Part shown: positions 40,701 to 48,954 of the stretch, piece after piece
Layout: each line of letters begins with the position of its first letter
How positions within the stretch are numbered: the stretch's first letter is position 1
Assembly (NCBI GenBank): GCA_965214095.1
Contig: OZ243938.1
Span: forward strand, 3,424,001 to 3,488,000
Length of the DNA: 64,000 bases
Source of the DNA: Candidatus Poribacteria bacterium
GTDB taxonomy: Bacteria; Poribacteria; WGA-4E; WGA-3G
Direction of reading: 5' to 3'
Translations under genes and position numbers: made by a program
The notes under the pieces: model-generated
The model's input: only the letters and a program-made list of their open reading frames with translations
What the model was told of the DNA's origin: nothing
Databases searched by the model: none

Positions 40701-43700
40701 AGAGCTGCGTCTCCATAGTAATCAACTTACGAGTCTGCCAGAAGACATCTTTAGCGGACTCACTGCACTAACAACACTCACCCTATATGGTAATCAGTTA
40801 ACCACGCTACCGCCAGGGATATTTAATGGATTATCGTCACTCTCAACGCTCCGTTTCGGTCTCAATCAGTTGACGACGTTACCAGCGGGTCTATTTGACG
40901 GACTTAATTCGTTGACAGATTTGCGTATGATTGGTAATCAGTTGTCCGAATTACCGGAAGGTATATTTGTAGGATTGACAGGACTGACAACGCTCAGTTT
41001 AGGCAGTAATGCGGTTGATCCTTTACTTCTTACTGTCTCATTGGAAAAGGTTGGCAATGGGCAGTTCAAGGCAGTTGCACCGACGGGCGCGCCTTTTGAT
41101 ATGGTGCTGCCGATAACCGTTACCGATGGCAGCATTAGCGGTGGTGCAACAACTCTTACAATACCCGCAGGCAGCGTGGAAAGCGAAGTGCTTACCGTTA
41201 CCCGCACACCCGGTGCGACCTATGCTACCACAGTCAATATCGGCACATTACGAAGTCAACCTGGAAATCATACCGGTTATTCCCTTGTCAAATCCGTTGA
41301 CCTGCCGCTTGCATTCCCAGAACTGGGTGGTAGGGTATTTGTTCTTGTGAGTGACCGCACGCCACAGGTGCGCGATGTTATCGTCGCAGCAGTACCAGGG
41401 GTGAATTCTCCCAACGATGTAACCGAGGCGCATCTAGCTGCCATTACACGCCTTAACTTTTGGTTTGGTGTATCTCAACTGAAAATAGGTGATTTTGATG
41501 GTCTCTCATCGCTGACGAGTATCTCTATCGATGTATCTGAAGGTTCGGTTATTTCTGAGGATGCGATTACTAATCTACCCACTTTGAATAATATCTTTAT
41601 TGATAGATCTCCAGGTTTGATTATCTCTGAGGGTGCCATTACTAATCTACCCGCTTTGAATAATATCTCTATTAATAGATCTCCAGGTTTGACTATCTCT
41701 GAGGGTGCGTTTACTAATCTACCTGCTTTCACATTAATCTGGATTGAGAGAAGTAGCGACTTGGCTATCTCTAAAGGAACATTTTCTAATCTACCGGCTC
41801 TCACAACTATCAGGATTGAAACATGCAGAGACTTAACTATCCCCGAAGGAGTATTTTCTAATCTGCCCGCACTAACAGACATAAGGTTATCCCAAAACAA
41901 TTTGACTACATTGCCTGAAAATATCTTTGACAATCTCACTACACTGGAATATCTCGACCTATCAAGCAACAATTTGACAGCACTGCCCGATGGGCTTTTT
42001 GAAGGGCTTACATCGCTGACAACGCTCCGTTTAAATGGTAACGCAGTTAATCCAATGCCCCTTAGTGTGACACTGGAAACAGTGGCAGAAGGTCAATTCA
42101 AAGCAGTCGCACCAACGGGGGCACCTTTTGATATTGTGCTGCCGATCAGTGTTTCCAATGGAAGCATAAGCGGCGGAGCAACGAGTCTCACGATCCCCAC
42201 AGGCAGTGTGGAAAGCGATGTGCTTACCGTCACCCGCACACCCAGTGTGACATTTGCCGTGAGTGCGGATATTGGAACGCTGCCGGGGGTACCTACCAAT
42301 CATACCGGTTATACCCTTGTCAAATCGGCAAATCTGCCTATAGAGGTTATCAGTGAGGTAATCCCCATTGTTCTCGTTGACAAGGGTGTTTGTAAGGTAG
42401 GTGATATTCTCACTCCCGGTGAAAGCTGCACTTACCCAGACACTGATGCGGTTTTCTCTGTGATCGCTGATGGTAAGTCTCAATGGAACATCCCAGGATT
42501 ACCGGATTGGCTTGCATCGTTTGTAAATAGAATATCTATTAATGATTCAATGAGTATTATTTCAACTGTCAACGGAAAGACCTATCGATTCGAGGCAAGA
42601 GCCGTTGAGAACAATTCTTGGCAGATAGAACAGATCGGAGACAGAACGCAAGAATCAATAGCCTCAGGTATCAATATTCCTGATGCTAATCTCCGCACCA
42701 AAATAGAAGATGCCCTCAATAAATCATCGAGTGACACAATTACCATTACAGAAATGGAAACGCTAACATCGCTCAACGGCCAGGATTCCTCTATTAGTGA
42801 TCTAACAGGTCTTGAGACGGCTACCAACCTAACAACGTTGAAACTTGGCAACAATGCAATAGTTGACATCTCGGCACTTGCGAACTTGACAAAACTCACC
42901 GAGTTACAACTCTGGGACAACCAGATTACGACACTGTCCGACTTATCCGGATTAACCAACCTAACAACGTTATACCTGTGGGGAAACACTGTCTCAGATA
43001 TCTCTGACTTATCTGGATTGACAAGTCTGATGCAGCTGCGACTCGGTGAAAACAGTATCACAAATATAGGTACAGTTTCAAACTTAACAAACCTGACGCA
43101 GTTATATCTGAATGAAAACACTATAACCGATATTTCAGCGGTAGCGGGATTAACAAACCTCACAGAACTACGCATCGGCGACAACACTATATCAGATATA
43201 ACACCTGTTCAGAATCTAACAAACCTTGAATGGTTAGATATACCGAATAACAGCATTTCGGATATATCCGCAGTCCAAAATCTAACGTCACTGGTAGAGT
43301 TATACTTTCAAAATAACAGTGTCTCCGATCTATCGCCTTTGGTAGCAAATACTGGTTTTGGAGAGTTCACCGAACTTGATGCCCAAGGTAATCCGTTGAG
43401 TTATCCATCTATCTACACGTATATACCTGCTCTGCAAGCGAAGGATGTGTATATTGACTTTGACAACCGAGTGGCGACCGTACCTGTGAAAATATCGGGA
43501 GATACACAACAAGATAAAACCGGCGCACTACTTACACTGCCATTTATCGTTGAAGTGAAAGATGCAGATAGTGTCATTTTTGCGGGAGTGCCTGTCACTT
43601 TTGCTATTACAGCAGGTGGTGGTACACTTAGTTCAACAAGCACCACAACCGATGTGAACGGCAGGGCACAAAGCACATTGACACTTGGCGATGCCGCTGG

Positions 43701-46700
43701 CACAAATACCGTTAGCGTCAGTGTGGCGGCTGTCACGCAGACGATTACATTTACTGCGACAGCAACCGCACCGGTAGTTGTTTACATTACCCCTGTTGGT
43801 GACCGAACATCACAAGTAGCACAGGCAATCCTCGGTGTCGTCCGTTTAGACTATCCGACCGTCTCCAACTACGCGGAGATTACTGCTACACACATTGCTT
43901 CACCGACAACATTATATCTGAATAACAGGAACATTACGACTCTGAAATCAGGTGATTTTGATGGACTTACCGGTTTGGAAGACCTCCGTCTCAATAATAA
44001 CCAGCTAACTTCTCTACCATCAAACATTTTTTCCGGACTAACCGCACTCTCAAATCTCAATCTGTTTAACAACCAGTTAAGTAGTTTGCCAAATGGCATA
44101 TTTGAAGGATTGACATCGCTGACAAAAATCCGGTTGGCAGGCAATGCAGTTGATCCACTTCCTGTTACCGTATCATTGGAAAAGGTCGCAGAAGGTCAGT
44201 TCAAAGCGGTTGCCCCCACGGGTGCCCCGTTCACTATTGTGTTGCCGATTAACGTTGCTAACGGAAGTATCACGGGGAGTGCAACAACGCTCACAATTCC
44301 GCAAGGTAGTTTGGAAAGCGATACCCTCAACGTAACACGCACCGCTGGCACAACCGCGGATGTCACCATTGATATTGGGACCTTACCGAGTCTACCGCGC
44401 AACCACTTCGGTTACGCACTGGTGAAACCTGATGACCTACCGTTAGCAGTTATCACAAGTATCAACACTGCTCCCGTATTTACGGATGGCACCGCAATCA
44501 CGCGCACTGTAACAGAAAACACTGTTGCTACCACCAACATCGGCACACCGATTGCTGCCACAGACACCGAAAACGATACCTTGACCTACACACTCAGTGG
44601 CACGGATGCAAGTGCGTTTGATATTGATAACAGCACCGGACAACTAAAAACGAAGACAACTCTTGACTATGAAACAAAGAACACTTATACCGTTACAATT
44701 ACAGTTTCGGATGGCAGTCTCACGGATACAATCACGGTTACCATTAACATTACCGATATAGACGAAGCCGTAGTAGTTGATCCACCAACGACAAACGTCG
44801 CACCAACATTTACAGATGGTGAAAGCACGACCCGTGTTGTCTCCGAAAATACAGCTGCTGGCACTAACATCGGAAATCCCGTGAACGCAACGGACGCAAA
44901 TAACGATACGTTGACATATTCGCTCGGTGGTATAGATGCCACCTCGTTTGATATTGATAGCACAACAGGTCAACTCAAAACAGAAGCATCGCTTGACTAT
45001 GAAAACAAACGCGTCTATTCAGTCACTATCACCGCCACCGATGATGAACTATCGGATACGATCACAGTGATTATCAGTGTAATTGATGTGAACGATACTG
45101 TCCTGAGTATAGGATTTGTGCCTGTTGCGGATCGCACGTCACAGGTGCGAGATGCAATCGTTGCTGCCGTGCCGAACGTGGCAGATGCTGCTTCTGTTAC
45201 CGAATCACAGGTCGCTGCTATTACAAGTCTCAATCTACGCAGCAAAGGTATTTCATCTCTCAAAACAGGTGATTTCTCTGGGATGACTGCACTGACAACC
45301 CTCAATTTGTTTAGAAACCAACTCTCCGAACTACCACCAGGGATATTTGATGGATTAACAGCATTGTCAACCCTGCGATTAGGGGACAACGTTGTTGACC
45401 CACTACCGCTTTTCGTATCCCTCCAAAGTGTCGGCACAGGTCAGTTCAAGGCAGTGATTACGACAGGGGCACCGTTTAGTATGGTGTTGCCGATCACTGT
45501 CACGGACGGAAGTATTAGTAGCGGCATAACGAGCGTTACGATTCCACAAGGGAGGGCAGAAAGCACCTCATTTACAGTGATAGGCACTGCCGCTAAAGTG
45601 TCTTTCGGGACATTTCCCAGTATACCACAAGGTCATTTCGGCTATACGCTTACACAATTCACAGTTTGTAACCGCACTACCGAAGTGGCAGATGCGATTG
45701 CGGCGGCGGTTGGCGTGAGCGACTGCAGCGATGTTACAGAGGTTGACCTCGCTACCATTACACGACTTGACCTGTCAGGTTCCGCAATTACATCCTTGCA
45801 AACTGGTGATTTTGATGGCATGGTCTCCCTCAGAACGCTTTACCTGGAGAACAACGATCTCACCAGTCTACCCAACGGCATTTTTGACGACTTGGTATCA
45901 CTGACTTTCTTATCACTCAATGAAAACAAGTTGACGACTTTGTCAAGTGGTATCTTTAGCAAATTAACCTCACTGACACACCTGGATATATTTGACAACG
46001 ATATGAGTTCGTTACCGAGCAGTGTTTTTACCGGGTTGTCCGCGCTTACTTCATTATCTCTGAAAAACAACGAACTGACATACCTACCGGGAGATATATT
46101 CAGTGGATTGTCATCGCTAACTTCGCTTTCGTTATCAAACAACAAACTAACATCATTAACAGCTGGGATTTTTGAAGGTCTGACGCAGCTAAGTCAGCTC
46201 CATCTGAGTTTGAACCCAAACGCAAATACACTGTTGACGTTAAGAATATCGCTTCAGAAGGTAGGAACAAACAGTGTTAAAGCTGTTGTCCCCAGTGGGG
46301 CACCATTTACGATGACAATCCCAGTCCAGATTGAGAATGGCGTTTTAGCAGGTGGGGCAACGACTATGACGATTCCGATAGGCGCGGTTGAAAGCCAACC
46401 ATTGACAATAACGCGCACGGCAGGAGCCGTCGCTGCTGTTACAGCGGATGTCGGTACTGCATTGCCGCGGCTACCTTCAAATCACAACGGATATAATATT
46501 CTCAAATCTCGTACCTTGCCGTTAGAAGTGCTGCCGCCATTAAACTCACCACCGGTATTCACAGAAGGTGCAAGCACAACCCGCACAATCTTAGAGAATA
46601 CAGCAACAGGCATAAATATCGGTGATGCAATTACCGCAACCGATGTCAATACAGCTGACACCTTGACATATACGTTGCGTGGGACGGATGCAGCAGCGTT

Positions 46701-48852
46701 TGATATTGATAGCACAACCGGACAATTAAAAACAAAGGCAGTTCTTGACTTTGAAACCAAAAACACTTATTCGGTTACGTTGACTGTCTCTGATAGTATT
46801 GCGATGGATACGATTGCTGTTACAATCAATATCTTAAATGTCAACGAAGCACCGGAATTTGCTGCAGGCAGTCCAACAACGCATACTGTGGCAGAGAATA
46901 CAGCGGCGGGTGAAAATATCGGCACAGCATACAGTGCTACCGATGTGGATGGCGACACGTTAACCTATAGTCTCAGTGGACAAGATGCTGCAGCATTCGG
47001 TATTGATACCGCAACCGGACAGTTGAAAACAAGTGCTGCACTTGACTATGAAACTAAAACCATCTATTCGGTAACAATCACTGTTTCTGATGGGAAACTC
47101 AATACATCCATCACTGTTACGATCAATGTTACCGATGTAGATGAATTGCCTACAGATCCACAGGAAGTTGAAGATGTTTCTGCAAACAACGCGCCTGTGT
47201 TCACAGACGGAGAAACTGCAACACGCACAGTCGTTGAAAATACATCCTCCGGTGTAGTCATCGGTTTGGCAGTGTCCGCCACAGATGCGGATAACGATAC
47301 GTTGACTTATACCCTCGATGGCACGGATGCAAGTGCATTTGATATTGATGGTTTAACCGGACAACTAAAAACAAAAGCAGCACTTGACTACGAAACCAAA
47401 ACCACTTATACGGTTACAATTACTGCCTCAGACGGTAGTCTTACTGCTACGATAGAAGTTACCATCAACGTCACAGATGTTGCCGAAGTTGTTACAGGTG
47501 AAGATGGAACGTCAACAGATACTGATACCGATGAAAATGGTGAAAGCGTCACCGACACTGTAACAGATACTGATACCGATGAAAATGGTGAAAGCGTCAC
47601 CGACACTGACACGAACAATGAACCCGCCTCTACTGTTAGATTTACACCAGTGAGTGAACGTACATCGGTAATTCGCGATATTATAGTGAGAGCAGCAGGA
47701 GTAGAATCTGCCGGAGATGTGACCGAAACACATCTTGCAAGCATTAAGTCTTTGTCTTATAGCGGTCATTCGCAGCCGTCCCTCAGCACCCTGAAAATTG
47801 GTGATTTTGATGGACTCACAGGACTCACGAAGCTCTCTATGGCTGACCACAGTTTGAGTTCATTGCCAGATGGTATATTCGACGATCTTACTTCGCTGAC
47901 AACACTTACACTGAGGGGATTTCGGTCCAATACCCCTTTGAGTTCATTGCCTGCGGGTATCTTTGACAATCTCACCAAACTAACATATCTCAATATATCC
48001 GAGAACAGTTTGAGTTCATTGCCTACGGGTGTCTTTGACAATCTCACCAAACTAACATATCTCAATATAGGCTACAACAGTTTAAGTTCATTGCCAGATG
48101 GTATCTTTGACAATCTCACTGAGTTGATAGAATTTTGGATGTTTAATAATCAGGTGAGTTCATTACCAGATGGTATCTTTGACAATTGTACCTCGTTGAC
48201 AGCACTCAGGTTGGGCGGCAACGGTTTGAGTTCATTGCAGGCTGATGTCTTTGACAATCTCAGCGCGCTTTCATTTCTTACTCTGGGCAGCAACAACTTG
48301 AGTTCGTTGCCAGAGGGTATCTTTGACAATCTCAGCGCGCTGACTTCACTCTTTCTGCACGCCAACGGTATAGTGTCATTTCCTGATGGTATCTTTGATA
48401 ACCTCAGCGCACTCACATATCTTAACGTATACAACAATCCAATAGAGGATTTTGAGCAACTCCGTAGACTCAAAGCAAATAATCCGGGCATAGAGATTTT
48501 TGGTATTAGAATCCCTGAAGAGGATGATAACGGAGCACCTGCACTCCCCGCTGTTCCATCAGAAACAACTCTTTTAGCGAACTTCCCAAACCCATTCAAC
48601 CCAGAAACGTGGATACCGTATCAACTTGCTAAACCGGCTAAAGTCACCTTGACGATCTATAGCATGCGTGGTGTTGTAGTTCAACAGTTGAAGTTAGGGC
48701 AGAAGCCTGCGGGTGTCTATCTGAGTCGTTCCCGTGCTATCCATTGGGATGGCAGAAACAGTATCGGTGAGAAGGTTGCTGCAGGTGTGTATTTCTACAC
48801 ACTCACCGCAGGTGAATTTAGTACTACACGGAAGATGTTGATAAGGAAGTAG
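34756..48852 (+). CDS. Giant (4698 aa) secreted LRR / cadherin / Ig-like / metzincin protein with FlgD-Ig (T9SS-CTD-like) tail
   Basis: Signal peptide. 11 LRR blocks each opened by a 'PVxDRTPQVRDAIV' cap, 9 of them followed by a 'QFKAVAPTGAPF' domain. One internalin-type LRR block, a Big_1-like domain, 6 cadherin repeats (LDYE/LDFE), HELAHAFGLHH, and the tail NFPNPFNPETWIPY...RKMLIRK. Confidence 0.92.
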   Translation: MNSNKKHIASIFVTMLIILGTVLTGYADITPVSDRTPQIRDAIVAEVPGVDSADDVTEAHLAGIVRLSMSSENITALKEGDFDGLTSMTWLEMGNNQISSLPADVFAGLTSLTHLIMPRNQISSLPAGIFSDLTSINLIILRDNQVATLPAGLFKGLSSLTEIYLKYNQISSLPTDVFSGLSSLTKLDLSSNEISSLPADVFSGLSSLTTIELEWNQLNNLSAGLFAGLSSLTTIKLGGNQLTTLPTGLFSGLSSLDSISLYRNQLSSLPMGIFSGLSSLTELILFNNAAELSLIIELQQVGVNQFKAVMATGAPFTIVVPINVTNGSIMGGATTATIPIGSVESTPFTVIPTPGTSDAVSLLLGTLPDLPSDHRGYRLAPFNFPPEFVEGPSTIRTVAEDIHTGGDVGTTVSATDPYNDPLTYTLSGTDASSFTIDATTGQLRTSIRLDYETQSTYMVTVNVTDGTLNDSIAVTINVTNVEPEVLNAGEPRTVRLFYFLPNDRPYRQEVVDAMKTGILEVQSFYAEQMAAHGHGNTTFNIEADAQGEPIVHRINGDNSDSRYASSGYTDGEIIRAFDTSTMISAIVMDVSHHSVRGRGTGNKSNGWLIIYEDWDWFTAAHELAHAFGLHHDYRDNSYVLSYGTTDRSTATLSAAAAEFLSVHPYFNTSIPLEIGTGPTVELVSPTTYPAGSESVNIRVRVRDDTGLHQAMLFVRPNNPFRGTTPELKMWQKLDGETDTTVVFNFDGRVPSDGDDPDMTLANTDQYEISVMAVDTEGNWYRSNFITLEAGEAQEIVPVSDRTPQVRDAIVAIVPGVNFARGVTAAHLANIVYLDLRNKNIKSLKQGDFSGLSALDNLDLSNNKLSSLPAGVFDGLSALKILNLYYNELSSLPIGVFHGLSALTRLTLFVNELTTLPAGVFDGLSALSHLNLSNNELSSLPAGIFSGLSSLTTLNLKGNAVYPMPLTVSLVKVGADQFKVDVPTGAPSDMDIPLIVVNGTINGGVERVTIPTGSVRSDVLTVTRTPGTTAAVIVDLERTVPSPTGADYVFYKSFPHLEIFSPLAGAPTPVSERTPQVLDAIVAAVPEIDHIHHDRDIRYLIGGQFVDKKYNMGHYVSEAYLAAITNLDVFGVSGGADLSLSGNWFSLHGNATELKLGDFDGMTNLAKLRLDGNELSSLPGDLFDNLTNLTTLNLSSNELSSLPEDLFDNLTNLTTLNLDSNELSSLPAGLFDNLSNLTYLNLLDNPLGPLSEGYFDNLTKLTTLHLPASVTPPTTPEDSKVTPVADRTPQVRDAIVAAAGVNSAADVTAAHLAAITELDLQEENIAALKQGDFDNLHGLDLLVLNGTFSSLPSGIFDQLVNLRILGIAGSQLNSLSSDIFDNLTNLKSLGIVNTQLRLLPDGIFDNLTNVPFITLSNNQLSSLPDGIFDKTTMSLDLSNNQLSSLPDGIFEGIFSEPPDLTGFEVLGVPLGQVLEETLAGTDYTTVNLTGNLVNPMPLTVSLEKVADGQFKAVTPAGAPFKLVLPIRVVNGSINGGVESITIPVGSVESDIFTVTRTSGTTYATTVNIGTLPQLPKQHSGYTLVKSDALPLVFSELGGSILTPVNQRSPQVRDAIVAAVPGVNSADDVTAAHLAAITSLSFGLSNPTKVGDFDGLTGLTRIGMGTDLTSIPEGFFNEFSNLTFLDWEDLQLSSLPAGIFDNLTNLTSMSLGFGQLSSLPDGIFDNLTNLTAMSLGFGQLSSLPVGIFDNLTNLTAMSLGFGQLSSFPDGIFDNLTNLTRLRITNTQMLALPDGLLSGVSSLTSLSFFSNAADPMPFTVSLEKIGAGQFKAVAPTGAPFDIVLPIRLTNGRIDGGASSITIPAGSVESTTLTVTRTPGATYATTINIGTLPSLPQNHTGYSLVKSVGLPLAFPELGGQVFTSVGSRTPQVAEAILGVVRLNDPNVSSFAEITNSHLTGITALYLNGRNITSLKSGDFEGLSSLEELRLHSNQLTSLPEDIFSGLTALTTLTLYGNQLTTLPPGIFNGLSSLSTLRFGLNQLTTLPAGLFDGLNSLTDLRMIGNQLSELPEGIFVGLTGLTTLSLGSNAVDPLLLTVSLEKVGNGQFKAVAPTGAPFDMVLPITVTDGSISGGATTLTIPAGSVESEVLTVTRTPGATYATTVNIGTLRSQPGNHTGYSLVKSVDLPLAFPELGGRVFVLVSDRTPQVRDVIVAAVPGVNSPNDVTEAHLAAITRLNFWFGVSQLKIGDFDGLSSLTSISIDVSEGSVISEDAITNLPTLNNIFIDRSPGLIISEGAITNLPALNNISINRSPGLTISEGAFTNLPAFTLIWIERSSDLAISKGTFSNLPALTTIRIETCRDLTIPEGVFSNLPALTDIRLSQNNLTTLPENIFDNLTTLEYLDLSSNNLTALPDGLFEGLTSLTTLRLNGNAVNPMPLSVTLETVAEGQFKAVAPTGAPFDIVLPISVSNGSISGGATSLTIPTGSVESDVLTVTRTPSVTFAVSADIGTLPGVPTNHTGYTLVKSANLPIEVISEVIPIVLVDKGVCKVGDILTPGESCTYPDTDAVFSVIADGKSQWNIPGLPDWLASFVNRISINDSMSIISTVNGKTYRFEARAVENNSWQIEQIGDRTQESIASGINIPDANLRTKIEDALNKSSSDTITITEMETLTSLNGQDSSISDLTGLETATNLTTLKLGNNAIVDISALANLTKLTELQLWDNQITTLSDLSGLTNLTTLYLWGNTVSDISDLSGLTSLMQLRLGENSITNIGTVSNLTNLTQLYLNENTITDISAVAGLTNLTELRIGDNTISDITPVQNLTNLEWLDIPNNSISDISAVQNLTSLVELYFQNNSVSDLSPLVANTGFGEFTELDAQGNPLSYPSIYTYIPALQAKDVYIDFDNRVATVPVKISGDTQQDKTGALLTLPFIVEVKDADSVIFAGVPVTFAITAGGGTLSSTSTTTDVNGRAQSTLTLGDAAGTNTVSVSVAAVTQTITFTATATAPVVVYITPVGDRTSQVAQAILGVVRLDYPTVSNYAEITATHIASPTTLYLNNRNITTLKSGDFDGLTGLEDLRLNNNQLTSLPSNIFSGLTALSNLNLFNNQLSSLPNGIFEGLTSLTKIRLAGNAVDPLPVTVSLEKVAEGQFKAVAPTGAPFTIVLPINVANGSITGSATTLTIPQGSLESDTLNVTRTAGTTADVTIDIGTLPSLPRNHFGYALVKPDDLPLAVITSINTAPVFTDGTAITRTVTENTVATTNIGTPIAATDTENDTLTYTLSGTDASAFDIDNSTGQLKTKTTLDYETKNTYTVTITVSDGSLTDTITVTINITDIDEAVVVDPPTTNVAPTFTDGESTTRVVSENTAAGTNIGNPVNATDANNDTLTYSLGGIDATSFDIDSTTGQLKTEASLDYENKRVYSVTITATDDELSDTITVIISVIDVNDTVLSIGFVPVADRTSQVRDAIVAAVPNVADAASVTESQVAAITSLNLRSKGISSLKTGDFSGMTALTTLNLFRNQLSELPPGIFDGLTALSTLRLGDNVVDPLPLFVSLQSVGTGQFKAVITTGAPFSMVLPITVTDGSISSGITSVTIPQGRAESTSFTVIGTAAKVSFGTFPSIPQGHFGYTLTQFTVCNRTTEVADAIAAAVGVSDCSDVTEVDLATITRLDLSGSAITSLQTGDFDGMVSLRTLYLENNDLTSLPNGIFDDLVSLTFLSLNENKLTTLSSGIFSKLTSLTHLDIFDNDMSSLPSSVFTGLSALTSLSLKNNELTYLPGDIFSGLSSLTSLSLSNNKLTSLTAGIFEGLTQLSQLHLSLNPNANTLLTLRISLQKVGTNSVKAVVPSGAPFTMTIPVQIENGVLAGGATTMTIPIGAVESQPLTITRTAGAVAAVTADVGTALPRLPSNHNGYNILKSRTLPLEVLPPLNSPPVFTEGASTTRTILENTATGINIGDAITATDVNTADTLTYTLRGTDAAAFDIDSTTGQLKTKAVLDFETKNTYSVTLTVSDSIAMDTIAVTINILNVNEAPEFAAGSPTTHTVAENTAAGENIGTAYSATDVDGDTLTYSLSGQDAAAFGIDTATGQLKTSAALDYETKTIYSVTITVSDGKLNTSITVTINVTDVDELPTDPQEVEDVSANNAPVFTDGETATRTVVENTSSGVVIGLAVSATDADNDTLTYTLDGTDASAFDIDGLTGQLKTKAALDYETKTTYTVTITASDGSLTATIEVTINVTDVAEVVTGEDGTSTDTDTDENGESVTDTVTDTDTDENGESVTDTDTNNEPASTVRFTPVSERTSVIRDIIVRAAGVESAGDVTETHLASIKSLSYSGHSQPSLSTLKIGDFDGLTGLTKLSMADHSLSSLPDGIFDDLTSLTTLTLRGFRSNTPLSSLPAGIFDNLTKLTYLNISENSLSSLPTGVFDNLTKLTYLNIGYNSLSSLPDGIFDNLTELIEFWMFNNQVSSLPDGIFDNCTSLTALRLGGNGLSSLQADVFDNLSALSFLTLGSNNLSSLPEGIFDNLSALTSLFLHANGIVSFPDGIFDNLSALTYLNVYNNPIEDFEQLRRLKANNPGIEIFGIRIPEEDDNGAPALPAVPSETTLLANFPNPFNPETWIPYQLAKPAKVTLTIYSMRGVVVQQLKLGQKPAGVYLSRSRAIHWDGRNSIGEKVAAGVYFYTLTAGEFSTTRKMLIRK
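47515..47610 (+). repeat. 48-bp in-frame tandem duplication encoding an acidic linker (TDTDTDENGESVTD)
   Basis: ACAGATACTGATACCGATGAAAATGGTGAAAGCGTCACCGACACTG twice. Confidence 0.85.
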
Positions 48853-48954
48853 CATTTTGAACCCACCCTAAACCGTGCTTACAAGCTCACTATAGGGTGG
48901 ATGCATGATTATCACATACGATTGCACTTTGCAGTCAAAAAATACAAGGAATAT

